Of a stretch of DNA of 64,000 nt, positions 27,623 to 39,640 are shown one piece after another (the first letter of the stretch is position 1; each line of letters starts with the position of its first letter). The position numbers were made by a program, and so were the translations under genes. Source of the DNA: Candidatus Saccharimonadota bacterium (lineage in GTDB: Bacteria > Patescibacteriota > Saccharimonadia > CAILAD01 > BJGX01); contig BJGX01000002.1 in the NCBI GenBank assembly GCA_014191035.1, positions 18,813-82,812 of the forward strand, given 5' to 3'. Below the pieces are notes generated by a model. The model was given only the letters and a program-made list of their open reading frames with translations, made no database searches and was not told where the DNA came from.

Positions 27623-29038
27623 ATGAATAATCCTGTAAGAGTTAGATTTGCACCCAGCCCAACTGGGTTTTTACATATTGGCGGTATTAGAACCGCACTA
27701 TTTAATTATTTGTTTGCTAAAGCTAATAGTGGCCAGTTCATATTACGCCTTGAAGACACCGACAGAGAACGCTTTGTTGAAGAAGGGGTGGAACAGATTA
27801 TCAAATCTCTCGATTGGATTGGCCTGCATCCCGACGAAGGTGTTTGGTATGAGCAGAAGCCAGGCGAACATGGCCCATATATTCAATCGCAGAGGCTAAA
27901 CCACTATAAGGATTATGCCCAAAAGCTAATTGACAAAGGCTTGGCATATTATTCGCAAACCATACCCGAAAAGATAGAATCGCTTAAGGCAGAGGCAATC
28001 AATGAAAGGCGCCCATTTGTATATAAGCACTCTATGGAACCGACTGAAGCACCAGCTTCTACCAGAGGTATGCCTATCAGGCTTAAAGTGCCAGATGGCA
28101 AGACTATGTGGAAAGATGAGGTGCGTGGAGAATTCGAAAGTAATCATGAAATAATTGATGATTTTATTATTGTTAAAGCCGACGGCTTTCCGACCTATAA
28201 CTTCGCAAATGTGGTCGATGACCATCTTATGAATATAAGCCACGTTATTCGTGGTGATGAGTTTATCAGCAGTACAGCCAAGCATGCACTGCTTTATGAT
28301 TTATTAGAATTCGATCGCCCAGCCTGGGTGCACCTACCTTCTATTCTGGGGCCAGACGGCAAAAAGAAGCTAAGCAAGCGCGATGGTGATGTGAATGTTT
28401 TAGAATATAAAGCCAAAGGCTACCTTCCAGAAGCAATCTTGAATTTCTTGGCTCTTCTAGGATGGAACGATGGTACCACCCAAGAAGTTTTTAGCCCAGA
28501 AGAATTAATAAATAAGTTTAATATTGGTAGGGTACAAAAAAGCCCAGCAGTTTTTGATGTTAATCGCCTAGACTGGATGAACGGTGAATACATTCGAAAT
28601 AAACTCAGCGATGAAGAGCTTATTGAGCACATTAAGCCGTACCTGCCAGAAGCCTGGCTAGAAAACATGAATTATTTCAAAACCGTGCTAGCTCTAGACA
28701 AAGAACGAATCAAGCGTTTCGATGAAGCTAAGTACATAATGGAGATATTTTTTGAGACTCCAAATGTTGATAAGGCCTTGCTGTGTAAGAAAGACGACAT
28801 TGATACTATTAAATCCTGGGTATCGGAAGTGGTTAAGGCTATCGAGCCAATCGATTTTGAACACGACCAAGTGGAAAAGGCTCTTCGTGAACTTGCCGAA
28901 AAGCTAGATGTCCAATCAGGCCGACTATTCTATACTTTAAGAGTTGGTCTAACGGGCCGTACCGAGGCGCCAGGGCTTTTCGATATATTCGTAACGCTCG
29001 GCAAAGCCGAATCTTTAAAGCGTCTACAAAGTCTATAG
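27623..29038 (+). CDS. gltX: Glutamyl-tRNA synthetase.
   Basis: HIGG motif (PSPTGFLHIGGIRTALFN) and KMSKS-type motif (KLSKRDG). Confidence 0.9.
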   Translation: MNNPVRVRFAPSPTGFLHIGGIRTALFNYLFAKANSGQFILRLEDTDRERFVEEGVEQIIKSLDWIGLHPDEGVWYEQKPGEHGPYIQSQRLNHYKDYAQKLIDKGLAYYSQTIPEKIESLKAEAINERRPFVYKHSMEPTEAPASTRGMPIRLKVPDGKTMWKDEVRGEFESNHEIIDDFIIVKADGFPTYNFANVVDDHLMNISHVIRGDEFISSTAKHALLYDLLEFDRPAWVHLPSILGPDGKKKLSKRDGDVNVLEYKAKGYLPEAILNFLALLGWNDGTTQEVFSPEELINKFNIGRVQKSPAVFDVNRLDWMNGEYIRNKLSDEELIEHIKPYLPEAWLENMNYFKTVLALDKERIKRFDEAKYIMEIFFETPNVDKALLCKKDDIDTIKSWVSEVVKAIEPIDFEHDQVEKALRELAEKLDVQSGRLFYTLRVGLTGRTEAPGLFDIFVTLGKAESLKRLQSL

Positions 29039-29039
29039 C

Positions 29040-29681
29040 ATGAAATATTTATTGTTTTCGCATGGATTTGGTGTGCGCAAAGATAGTAATGGTATGTTTA
29101 GCGACATCGCAAGAGCCTTTCCTGATTACAAGCCAGTTATGTTTGATTATAACAAACATGATAGTAAATCTAATTTAACAACGGTCTATAGCTATCGAAA
29201 ACAGGCAAAGATTTTAAAAAACAAAATCACTAACATATACAGGAAAGATCCTGGCGCCATAATCACTGTAGTTGCTCATTCCCAAGGTGCAATAGTGGCC
29301 GCATTGTGTAATCAAGATACCGCAAAAGCAATTTTATTAGCCCCACCAAGTACTGTATCAGCAAAAAGATCTAAGTTGAGGCCGAACCGAAAAGTAAGAA
29401 AGAATGGCTCTGTAATGATATTCAAAAAGGATGGCAGTAGAATATTATTAACTACATCATTCATGCTTGGCTTGAAATTAACCAATCCAATAAAGATTTA
29501 TGAGAAGCTAGCGCTTCGAGAGCCCACTGTAATTATTGCAGCCAAGCAAGATGAGATGGTCAATAACGACAATCTTCACAAAGTGCGAAGTGCTGAGGTT
29601 TACGAGATAGACGGCGACCACAACTTTACCGGGGAAAATAGAAAAGGCCTCATAGAGACCCTTTCTAAAGTATTAAGCTAG
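29040..29681 (+). CDS. Alpha/beta-hydrolase-fold esterase/lipase-like protein.
   Basis: GXSXG nucleophile elbow (AHSQG) and a distal DGDH motif. Confidence 0.55.
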   Translation: MKYLLFSHGFGVRKDSNGMFSDIARAFPDYKPVMFDYNKHDSKSNLTTVYSYRKQAKILKNKITNIYRKDPGAIITVVAHSQGAIVAALCNQDTAKAILLAPPSTVSAKRSKLRPNRKVRKNGSVMIFKKDGSRILLTTSFMLGLKLTNPIKIYEKLALREPTVIIAAKQDEMVNNDNLHKVRSAEVYEIDGDHNFTGENRKGLIETLSKVLS

Positions 29682-29691
29682 TATTTCTTTT

Positions 29692-30726
29692 CTAATCCCA
29701 GTCCAGAGTTCCGCCGGTTTGGTACTCGATAACTCTAGTTTCAAAGAAGTTCTTTTCTTTGGAAAGATCGGCAGCTTCACTCATCCACGGGAATGGATTT
29801 TTGGTATGGAACTGCTTAGGTAGGCCAACCGATGCTAGGCGCCTATCGGCAACATGCTCGATGTATTGCTTGAAACCATCGGCGTTCATTCCAAAAATGC
29901 CATTAGGAAATACGTCCTGTGCGTAGCTGTATTCAAGCTTAGCAGCTTCCTTTACAAGATCTATAATGCGCTGCTGGAACTCATCGGTCCAAAGCTCGGG
30001 CTGTTCTTCTTTGATGGCATTGATCATGTTTATACCAAAGTTTAGATGCTGCGATTCGTCGCGCATGATGTATTGGATTTGCTCAGCACTACCTACTAGC
30101 TTGTTTTGACGCTGGAATCCAAAGATTACAGCAAAACTAGAGTAGAAGAATATACCTTCTAAAATTAACGAGAATACACACAAGTTCTCTAAAAATTTTT
30201 GGTCGTTTTCGAATGTACCGGTGTGGAAGTTATCATCAAAGATACCTTCGTTAAAAGTAAGGATAAACTTTGCTTTACTATAGTGTGAAGCGTTCTCGCG
30301 GTACATATTAAACACCTTGCCTCCATCAAGCCCCAAACTTTCAACGATGTATTGATAAGCATGTGTATGTATTGCTTCTTCGTAGGATTGCCGCAATAGG
30401 TACATTCGGCATTCTGGGCTTGATATGTGCTTATAGAATGCTAGCACTAAGTTATTGGCCGCAATCGAATCAGCGGTAGTGAAGAACCCTAGAGCAGTCT
30501 GGAAAGCTTGGCGTTCATCTTCGGTTAATTTATCGGACTTCCATAATTCGATATCGTCTTGCATGGCGATTTCGGTTGGTAGCCAGTGGTTGGCATTGCC
30601 AGCCAGGTAGGCGTCCCAGGCGAAATTATGCTTCATTGGGTGAAGCTGGATAACGTCTGCATCTTCGCCGTTAATTACTCTTCGTTTGTTGATGTCTGGT
30701 CGGACATCGGTCATCTTAAGTGACAT
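29692..30726 (-). CDS. nrdB: Ribonucleotide reductase class I small (beta) subunit.
   Basis: Di-iron ligand motifs (EEAIHTHAY ... EGIFFYSSFA ... RDESQHL). Confidence 0.9.
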   Translation of the reverse strand: MSLKMTDVRPDINKRRVINGEDADVIQLHPMKHNFAWDAYLAGNANHWLPTEIAMQDDIELWKSDKLTEDERQAFQTALGFFTTADSIAANNLVLAFYKHISSPECRMYLLRQSYEEAIHTHAYQYIVESLGLDGGKVFNMYRENASHYSKAKFILTFNEGIFDDNFHTGTFENDQKFLENLCVFSLILEGIFFYSSFAVIFGFQRQNKLVGSAEQIQYIMRDESQHLNFGINMINAIKEEQPELWTDEFQQRIIDLVKEAAKLEYSYAQDVFPNGIFGMNADGFKQYIEHVADRRLASVGLPKQFHTKNPFPWMSEAADLSKEKNFFETRVIEYQTGGTLDWD

Positions 30727-30747
30727 GTGTTACCCTCCTAATTTATT

Positions 30748-33459
30748 TTATTTTTCTTCGACACCTGCAGTAGTGGATTCACGCTTGTGAGTGGCTCCGA
30801 ACTCTGCTGTATCAACGGTTGATTTTTCGACTTGTGATATGGCCAAACTTCTTAGATAGTAAGTAGTCTTTAAGCCCTGTTCCCAGGCAGCCATGTAGAT
30901 ATCGCTTAGTTGCTTACCGCTAACGCCATGTACAAAGATATTAAAGCTCTGGCTTTGATCTATCCATTTACCTCGGTGGGCGGTAACTTTTACTAAGGTG
31001 AGCGGGTTAATTTCAAACACTTCCTTGTATTTGTTGCGTAACTTTTCTGGTATTTCTGTAATTTTCTGTATTGAACCATCGTGGAATTTAATCTTCTTAA
31101 CCATTGTGTCGTTCCACATGTTAAGTTTTTTAAGATCCTCAATTAGGTAAGAGTTGATTACCGTGAAGTCACCACTCATGTTGGATTTAACATATAGGTT
31201 CTTATAGATTGGCTCGATGCATGGGTAGCAGCCGGCGATGTTTGATATGGATGCGGTTGGTGCAATGGCCATGGTATTGGAGTTGCGCATACCGTGTTTT
31301 TTAACATGGGATTTAGCATATTTCCAATCTAATTTTCCACCACGCTTAACATCGATTTTGCGTCCACGCTCTTTTTCTAGCAAGTCCACGGTGTCGGCTG
31401 GGAAAATTCCGCGCTCCCATTTTGAGCCCTTAAAGCTCTTATAAGCCCCTCGCTCCTTGGCAAGCTTGCTTGAACCTAGAATTGCGTGGTAGCTAATAAG
31501 CTCCATTGATTCATCGGCAAATTCGACGGCCTTTGGCGAGTCAAAATTAATATCAAGCATATATAGGGCGTCCTGGAAGCCCATAATTCCTAAACCAACT
31601 GGGCGGTGTTTAAGGTTTGAGTTTTCACATTCCTTGGTGGTGTAGTAACAGATATCGACCACATTATCGAGCATTCTCATGGCAAGTTCGGTAGTATTTT
31701 CAATGAGCTCTTTATCTAACTTGCCAGCCTTGATGTGCTTGGCCATGTTAATCGAACCCAAGTTACACACTGCAGTTTCGTCGGCTGAGTTATTGAGGGT
31801 TATTTCGGTGCATAGGTTAGAGTTATGGATCACGCCCTGGTGGTCTTGAGGACTGCGTACGTTACATGCATCCTTGAAGGTTATCCATGGGTGGCCAGTT
31901 TCAAATAGCATTGTTAGCATTTTTCGCCATAGCTGTATTGCGGGTATTCTGCGGAATTGACTAATTTTGCCTTCATCAGCCATTTGCTCGTATTCTTCAT
32001 AACGTTTTTTAAAGGCCGCACCATATAGGTTGTGTAAGTCCGGTGTTTCGTCTGGGCTGAATAGTGTCCATGGCTCATCGTTAGACACACGATCCATAAA
32101 TAAGTCTGGCACCCAGTTGGCAGTATTCATGTCATGAGTACGACGGCGTTCGTCACCGGTGTTTTTACGAAGCTCCAAAAAGTCTTCGATATCCAGGTGC
32201 CAAGTTTCGAGATAAGCACAGGTTGCGCCCTTGCGCTTGCCAGAACGACTAATTGCAACTGTCGTATCGTTCATAATTTTTAGAAATGGTATAACGCCCT
32301 GTGATGGAATATTGACAGTCTTAATAAGTGATCCGGTAGCACGTATGTTTGACCAGTCGGTGGCGATACCGCCAGAGTATTTGCTCATTAAGGCGTTATC
32401 AAGATAAACCTTGAAGATATGTTTAAGATCATCCTCGACGGTATTTAAAAAGCATGAGCTAAGCTGAGGTTTACTAGTTCCGGAGTGAAAGAGGGTAGGA
32501 GTCGACGGAACGTAGCGAAGAGTGGAAAGTACATCATAAAATTCCATAGCCCATTTGTCCTTGTCTTTCTTTTCGGCGATTGCAAGGCCCATAGCTATGC
32601 GCATCCAGAATCCTTGTGGCACCTCGAGGCGTCGACCGCGGCCTTGTGACTGAATGAAGTAGCGGTCATGGAGCATATCTAAGCCCATAAAGTCGAGTAA
32701 TGTATCACGCTCAGGCTTGATATACTCGGCTAGTTTTTTAAGATCGAAGCTAAGCAAGCGTTTGTCTAGCCTTCCATCTTTGACGGTATCTTTAATAAAG
32801 CTAGTAAAGCTCTCTTGGTAAGTCTCGGATAGATTGCGCTTATAATCTTTACCTAAAACTTCTTTGTAGACCTTACGAAGCATCAAGCGCGCAGATAGCT
32901 GTGAATAAAGTGGATCAATCTCGATTTGTGACTTAGCAGCCATAATCATCGAGTCTTCCAGCTCATCATATGTAATGCCATCATAAATACTCCCTTTGAC
33001 CATCTGAGCGGTTTCATCTAGGTCAACGTCGTCGGCAATTTCATCAGCTGCCTCAATTAGGTCCTTTAAAAGTTTTGCATAGCTAAAGTTTTCTAAGCTT
33101 CCATCGGGCATGGTTACTTTTAGATTGCTTTGCTCAAGCTTTTCGGCTGAACGTGCAGCTTCGGCTTCACGCATAGCTTTGTGGGTGTCACGATAAATAA
33201 TAAATGCACGCACGGTCTTATAGTGGCCATCTTTCATTAGCTGTTGCTCAATAAGATCCTGAAGTGTTTCAACATCTGGAGTAGATTCGCTAAAAGCCTG
33301 TTCAGCTTGGATTATCACCTGATCTACAACTGATATTATGTCTTCTTTACTAGCTTCTCCGCCCGAACTATCACTAGCTTTGCCAATTGCTGTTTCGATT
33401 CGGCTGCGATCAAAATCAACCATTTGCCCATTACGTTTTTTTATTTGCTCAAAACTCAT
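30748..33459 (-). CDS. nrdA: Ribonucleotide reductase class I large (alpha) subunit with N-terminal ATP-cone.
   Basis: ATP-cone (KRNGQMVDFDRSRIETAI). Catalytic NLCTEI and C-terminal CYPC. Start set at the ATG at 33459, which has a perfect AGGAGG SD. The ORF track extends to 33528. Confidence 0.9.
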   Translation of the reverse strand: MSFEQIKKRNGQMVDFDRSRIETAIGKASDSSGGEASKEDIISVVDQVIIQAEQAFSESTPDVETLQDLIEQQLMKDGHYKTVRAFIIYRDTHKAMREAEAARSAEKLEQSNLKVTMPDGSLENFSYAKLLKDLIEAADEIADDVDLDETAQMVKGSIYDGITYDELEDSMIMAAKSQIEIDPLYSQLSARLMLRKVYKEVLGKDYKRNLSETYQESFTSFIKDTVKDGRLDKRLLSFDLKKLAEYIKPERDTLLDFMGLDMLHDRYFIQSQGRGRRLEVPQGFWMRIAMGLAIAEKKDKDKWAMEFYDVLSTLRYVPSTPTLFHSGTSKPQLSSCFLNTVEDDLKHIFKVYLDNALMSKYSGGIATDWSNIRATGSLIKTVNIPSQGVIPFLKIMNDTTVAISRSGKRKGATCAYLETWHLDIEDFLELRKNTGDERRRTHDMNTANWVPDLFMDRVSNDEPWTLFSPDETPDLHNLYGAAFKKRYEEYEQMADEGKISQFRRIPAIQLWRKMLTMLFETGHPWITFKDACNVRSPQDHQGVIHNSNLCTEITLNNSADETAVCNLGSINMAKHIKAGKLDKELIENTTELAMRMLDNVVDICYYTTKECENSNLKHRPVGLGIMGFQDALYMLDINFDSPKAVEFADESMELISYHAILGSSKLAKERGAYKSFKGSKWERGIFPADTVDLLEKERGRKIDVKRGGKLDWKYAKSHVKKHGMRNSNTMAIAPTASISNIAGCYPCIEPIYKNLYVKSNMSGDFTVINSYLIEDLKKLNMWNDTMVKKIKFHDGSIQKITEIPEKLRNKYKEVFEINPLTLVKVTAHRGKWIDQSQSFNIFVHGVSGKQLSDIYMAAWEQGLKTTYYLRSLAISQVEKSTVDTAEFGATHKRESTTAGVEEK

Positions 33460-33483
33460 TTCACCCTCCTTATTGGTATTTAT

Positions 33484-33531
33484 GTCTGTATATAGTGTTT
33501 TAAAGCTCTTATGCACCACTATATACATGCT
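33484..33531 (-). promoter_or_regulatory. Candidate tandem NrdR boxes upstream of nrdAB.
   Basis: Two inverted copies of a CACTATATACAG-type half-palindrome, at 33486-33497 and 33518-33530. TATATA cores are 31 bp apart, matching known NrdR-box phasing. Located 25-70 nt upstream of the nrdA start. Confidence 0.4.
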
Positions 33532-33774
33532 TATTTATGTGGTCAACGTGTTTTTTTTACTACACCCAATTTCGCACTATAAAACCCCTTTGGTGTTGGC
33601 TTGGCAAGACATTACACATAAAAATATCCCCCTTAGCACAACTATCTTCACAAAACCTGTTCGTTATTTATGATACGCTCTTCGCTTTTGTGAGTCTAGA
33701 CTTGTCAGTAATCAAAAATAATATTATAGCCTGCAAATGAGGTGCTATAATTTATATAAACTCAAGGAGGGTGT

Positions 33775-34581
33775 ATGAAAATTCAAAATAAGGTATTTGT
33801 AGTAACTGGTGCTGGAAGCGGTATTGGCCGAGAAATAACAAAGGCAATTATTGCTAGTGGCGGAAAAGTTGCTGGGGTGGATCTTCGTAAAGAGGGTCTT
33901 CAGGAATTAAAGAAAGAGCTAGGTGGGCAGGGTGATAATTTATCAATTCATGAGGCCAGTGTGGCCGACAAAAAGGCTGTCGAAGCACTACCTAAAGAAA
34001 TAATAAAAGATCAGGGCCATGTCGATGGGCTAATAAACAACGCCGGTATTATTCAGCCGTTCGTAAAAGTGAATGACCTAGATTATGACGCAATCGATAG
34101 GGTGATGGGTGTTAACTTTTACGGAACACTATATATGATAAAGGCCTTTTTACCAGAATTATTAAAGCGTCCTGAAGGAAATATTGTAAATATCTCTAGT
34201 ATGGGTGGGTTTTTGCCGGTGCCTGGCCAGAGCGTTTATGGTGCATCCAAGGCTGCAGTGAAGCTATTAAGCGAAGGCTTGTCTTCGGAATTAATTGATA
34301 CAAATGTAGGTGTAACTGTGGTATTCCCAGGAGCAACATCTACCAATATTACTAAAAACTCGGGTGTTAAATCGCCAATGAGCGAGGAGGATGCTAAAAA
34401 AGCCAAAATTCCAACGCAATCTCCTGCCGATGTTGCCAAACTTGTCGTGAGAGCTATCCAAAATAATCAATTAAGGGTTTATGCAGGTAAAGATTCTAAA
34501 TTTATGAATAAGATTTACAGACTCAGTCCAGACTATGCTACAAATCTTATAGCAAAGCAGATGAAGTCACTTTTAAAATAG
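33775..34581 (+). CDS. Short-chain dehydrogenase/reductase (SDR).
   Basis: TGAGSGIGRE Rossmann motif, NNAG, and the catalytic S...YxxxK (YGASKAA). AGGAGGG SD. Confidence 0.8.
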   Translation: MKIQNKVFVVTGAGSGIGREITKAIIASGGKVAGVDLRKEGLQELKKELGGQGDNLSIHEASVADKKAVEALPKEIIKDQGHVDGLINNAGIIQPFVKVNDLDYDAIDRVMGVNFYGTLYMIKAFLPELLKRPEGNIVNISSMGGFLPVPGQSVYGASKAAVKLLSEGLSSELIDTNVGVTVVFPGATSTNITKNSGVKSPMSEEDAKKAKIPTQSPADVAKLVVRAIQNNQLRVYAGKDSKFMNKIYRLSPDYATNLIAKQMKSLLK

Positions 34582-34786
34582 TATTTATACGAAAAAACCC
34601 CACATCAATGATGTGAGGTAGGTGATGACCCGAGGGCTTGCTTGGCGAGAGAAGTCGAACTTCTCAGCAAACCCCCGGGTCGAGCGGTGCCTGGGTCCCT
34701 GCGGAGGAGAAGGGAAGGAGCACGTCTGCAGTTGCAGGGCCCAGGCATACGCTAGCGCGTCCACTAGCGATTATATGCCGGCAAGG

Positions 34787-35218
34787 TTAGTTGCCAATGC
34801 CGGACGAAGCATGTGAGCTGTTGCACTTGCCGCTGTCCTCAGCGACAGTTTCGGTACTCCAGAGCTCATTGCCGTTCGATGGCGGGACAAGTGCTACATC
34901 GTAGCACTGAACGTTGCCCTCTGACCACCGGGCTACCAAGCTACCATCGTCGTAGTGGTAAACTCTGATGCCCTGAACGTCTGAGCCACTAAGCTCGGCC
35001 GAAGCCTTGAGCTCACGCTCAATTTGATCGACAAGCTTCAGCTCATCATTGAAGCTGTGGTTAATTTGAACTAATGCTCCACCGAAAAGCAAAGCAATCA
35101 GGCCCACAGCAATCAGAAGAAAAATGAGTTTCGGGCTGGTGCGTTTCCGGTCGATTTCGTCATCGACCCACTCGGGGGCCGTGACACCATCATCTCGCGT
35201 GGTGCTGATAAACGGCAT
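34787..35218 (-). CDS. GC-rich hypothetical membrane-anchored protein.
   Basis: Single TM helix (LIFLLIAVGLIALLFGGALV) followed by a soluble domain. GAGG SD 8 nt upstream. About 52-55% GC, atypical for this window. Confidence 0.5.
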   Translation of the reverse strand: MPFISTTRDDGVTAPEWVDDEIDRKRTSPKLIFLLIAVGLIALLFGGALVQINHSFNDELKLVDQIERELKASAELSGSDVQGIRVYHYDDGSLVARWSEGNVQCYDVALVPPSNGNELWSTETVAEDSGKCNSSHASSGIGN

Positions 35219-35322
35219 ACGTCACTCCTTGGGTACGGTCAGGGAATGACTCCCTGAATTCGCTGTAATTATAACCTTAAATAGTTTAAATGTCAATATA
35301 TAAAGTCTGTTAGAATATATTT

Positions 35323-35610
35323 ATGAAGCAAACTAAAAAACGCTCATTAATTGATTATTTGTTTAAGTGCAAAGATGGAAAATACGTGTATTTTCAGTTT
35401 CCAAATTTGCCTTTGATGATTGCAATATTAGCTTACGGCTTAAGTCTGGTGATATTTGCTAAGCCCTATAATGGTATTTTAAACATTATCTTTACTGCCT
35501 CGATTATAGTCTGGTCAATACTCGAGATATTCTGGGGAGTTAATTTGTTTAGGAGGATTTTTGGAGCCTTAATCCTTGGCTTTGTGTTATTTGGCCTGAT
35601 TATGGGTTAG
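35323..35610 (+). CDS. Small membrane protein with 2-3 TM helices.
   Basis: ORF with hydrophobic helices. Confidence 0.4.
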   Translation: MKQTKKRSLIDYLFKCKDGKYVYFQFPNLPLMIAILAYGLSLVIFAKPYNGILNIIFTASIIVWSILEIFWGVNLFRRIFGALILGFVLFGLIMG

Positions 35611-35619
35611 AATTGAGCT

Positions 35620-36171
35620 ATGAAAGAACAGGTTGTATTGGTAGACGAAAATAATAAAAAACTTGGACTAGAAGACAAATACCAGGTTCACACCGGAGAA
35701 ACTCCCTTACATCGCGGGTTCTCGATGTTTATTTTTAACAGTAAGGGCGAGCTACTTCTGCAACAACGCTCGGATAAAAAGATAACCTGGCCTAGTGTTT
35801 GGAGTAATTCTGTGTGTGGGCACCCTGCTGATGGTGAATCGCCTCAAGAAGCTGCAAAAAGACGTGCAGAGTTTGAGTTAGGCATGCAAATTGAACTAGA
35901 CGAAATAAAACTCATTTTGCCAAATTACAGATATCGATATGAACACAAGGGCGTGGTGGAAAACGAAATATGCCCGGTTATGGTGGCATTTGGAGATTAC
36001 AAGTTTAATCCGAACCCTGATGAAGTCAAAGATGTCCGATTTGTAAAATGGGGTGACTTTTTAGAGGAAATATCAAAGGCAAACGAGTACTCCGAATGGT
36101 GCCAAGAAGAAGCCATGCTTTTAAATAGCAATTCAGAATTTAAGAAGCTATTTAGCGAACACACCAAATAG
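35620..36171 (+). CDS. idi: Isopentenyl-diphosphate delta-isomerase, type 1 (Nudix fold).
   Basis: TNSVCGHP active-site Cys motif (SNSVCGHP), Nudix-like E-rich box (EAAKRRAEFELG) and conserved W/E near the C-terminus. Confidence 0.85.
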   Translation: MKEQVVLVDENNKKLGLEDKYQVHTGETPLHRGFSMFIFNSKGELLLQQRSDKKITWPSVWSNSVCGHPADGESPQEAAKRRAEFELGMQIELDEIKLILPNYRYRYEHKGVVENEICPVMVAFGDYKFNPNPDEVKDVRFVKWGDFLEEISKANEYSEWCQEEAMLLNSNSEFKKLFSEHTK

Positions 36172-36207
36172 TTGCCATTAGATAACCATAAGGTTTATTA
36201 TGGTTGT

Positions 36208-37110
36208 ATGGATAATGCAATTCAAACTGCAGGATTAAGTAAAAAATATGGTAACAAATGGGCTATTCGTGGAGTTGAAATTGAGGTCCCTAGAAAAAGT
36301 GTATACGGCTTTCTGGGCCCTAACGGCGCCGGCAAGACAACAACCATTCGTTGTCTGATGAATTTTATTAAACCCACCAAGGGCATTATTAGCGTACTGG
36401 GTATGGACTCTCAGGACGATGCCAAAATGATCCATAAAAGAGTGGGCTATTTGACTGGTGAAATGGACTACTATGAAAACCTTACCGGTCGGCAATACAT
36501 CAGCTATATGGGTCATTTGCAGGGGAATCATGATAAAACTGAGGTCAATAAGCTTGCCAAACGCCTCAAGGCTGATCTGGGTGTGAAAATTAAAACCTTA
36601 AGTAGGGGAAACAAACAAAAGATTGGCTTGATATCGGCTTTTCAGCACAAACCAGAACTACTGGTTCTTGATGAGCCAACCAGTGGGCTAGACCCGATAC
36701 TTCAACGCGAATTTGTCGATATGGTCTTCGAGCATAAAGAAGCTGGCGGAACGACTTTTATAAGTTCACACTTTTTAATGGAAGTAGAACAAATGTGCGA
36801 TATGGTATGTTTTATAAATAAAGGCCGCGTTGTCGAGGAAATGACACTCGAAAAACTTCACGAAAGATCAATTCACGAGTTCGACGTAGTGTTTAAAGAC
36901 AAAAAAGCCTCTAAAGATATGCTAGATGGAGTTAAGGGTATTAAGGAGCTTAAAGTTAGTGATAATTTTATGCATTGTCATATAGCCGGCTCGGTTGATG
37001 GGTTTTTAAAGGCTATTGCAAAACAACCTGTTAGAAGCCTTCGAACCAGGGAGCTTGACTTAGAAGAGATATTTTTGAAAATGTATGGTAGGGATGTGCC
37101 AAATGTTTAG
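36208..37110 (+). CDS. ABC transporter ATP-binding protein (ABC-2 type).
   Basis: Walker A (GPNGAGKTT), signature (LSRGNKQK) and Walker B (LLVLDEPTSGLD). Start at 36208 is uncertain; a TTG at 36172 is also possible. Confidence 0.8.
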   Translation: MDNAIQTAGLSKKYGNKWAIRGVEIEVPRKSVYGFLGPNGAGKTTTIRCLMNFIKPTKGIISVLGMDSQDDAKMIHKRVGYLTGEMDYYENLTGRQYISYMGHLQGNHDKTEVNKLAKRLKADLGVKIKTLSRGNKQKIGLISAFQHKPELLVLDEPTSGLDPILQREFVDMVFEHKEAGGTTFISSHFLMEVEQMCDMVCFINKGRVVEEMTLEKLHERSIHEFDVVFKDKKASKDMLDGVKGIKELKVSDNFMHCHIAGSVDGFLKAIAKQPVRSLRTRELDLEEIFLKMYGRDVPNV

Positions 37111-37893
37111 AACTCCCGTACTTAAAACTTTATACGATAAGCGCTGGGTAATTTTGGCTTGGTCTTTAGGCGCATTTGCGATGAATCTTTTAATAACCTG
37201 GATCTTTCCTGATTTTAAAAACCCACAGCTAGTTGAGGTCTTTAAGAGCCTTCCAGAATCATTACAGGCCTTTTCGGGCTCACTAGATATTGGAACAATT
37301 GATAAATATTTAGATAGCCAAGTGTTTTTTAACAATGGATCATTTATATTTTGGATATTAGGTATAAGCATCGGAGTAAATTTGCTCTCGACCGATGAAG
37401 ATAAAGGAACTTTGGAGACAACCTTGTCTACTAAAATATCTCGCAATCGTCTGTATGTTGAAAAATTTATAGCGATGACGTTTATATTCTTGGCTGTAAA
37501 TATTGCATCAACCTTAGGAATATGGCTGGGCTTATTTATTATTCATGAACCCGTAAGTGCAGTAAGGATTGTTCAGGCTACATTTATGCTGTTTATTTTT
37601 ACATGCCTTTTGGGCTCATTCTCATTTGGTATCGGGGCATTGTCTGGTAAAAAGAACTTATCAATAGGCATACCGACACTTACTTTAGTAGTTATGTTCT
37701 TGGTCTACACTTTCGCACAAACTGTTGACTGGATGAAAAATTGGGATAAATTTACCTGGAACTATTACTATTCGAAAGGTCAGACAGTGATAAACGGAAT
37801 CTCTTATAGGGACTTTGCCGTTTTAATTGCTTTTGTAGCGATATTTTTTATAGCTGGTTTGATATTTTTTAATAAAAGAGACCTGCGCAAATA

Positions 37894-37894
<1 letters not shown>
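37103..37894 (+). CDS. ABC-2 family transporter permease.
   Basis: 6 TM helices. Overlaps the ATPase gene by 8 nt. Confidence 0.6.
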
Positions 37895-39603
<1,709 letters not shown>

Positions 39604-39610
39604 TTAAAAA

Positions 39611-39640
39611 AGCCCCCTAACCAGTAGAGGGCTTATTTTT
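39611..39640 (-). terminator. GC hairpin flanked by an A-run and a T-run (bidirectional-type terminator) at the 3' end of the minus-strand gene 39617..40312.
   Basis: Sequence AAAAAAGCCCCC...GAGGGCTTATTTTT. The stem is imperfect (about 5 bp). Confidence 0.4.

Noticed and set aside
34620-34790. SRP RNA (ffs), 6S RNA or RNase P assignment for the GC-rich hairpin cluster.
   Set aside because: Only a loose resemblance to the SRP domain IV core. It could not be folded into a canonical long hairpin with a GNRA-capped helix 8. Left as an unassigned candidate needing Rfam search.
34622-34816. 64-aa + strand ORF in the GC-rich non-coding segment.
   Set aside because: No SD. Cys/Arg/Ala-rich composition typical of random ORFs in GC-rich DNA. 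The region is better explained as structured RNA, a 3' UTR or imported DNA.
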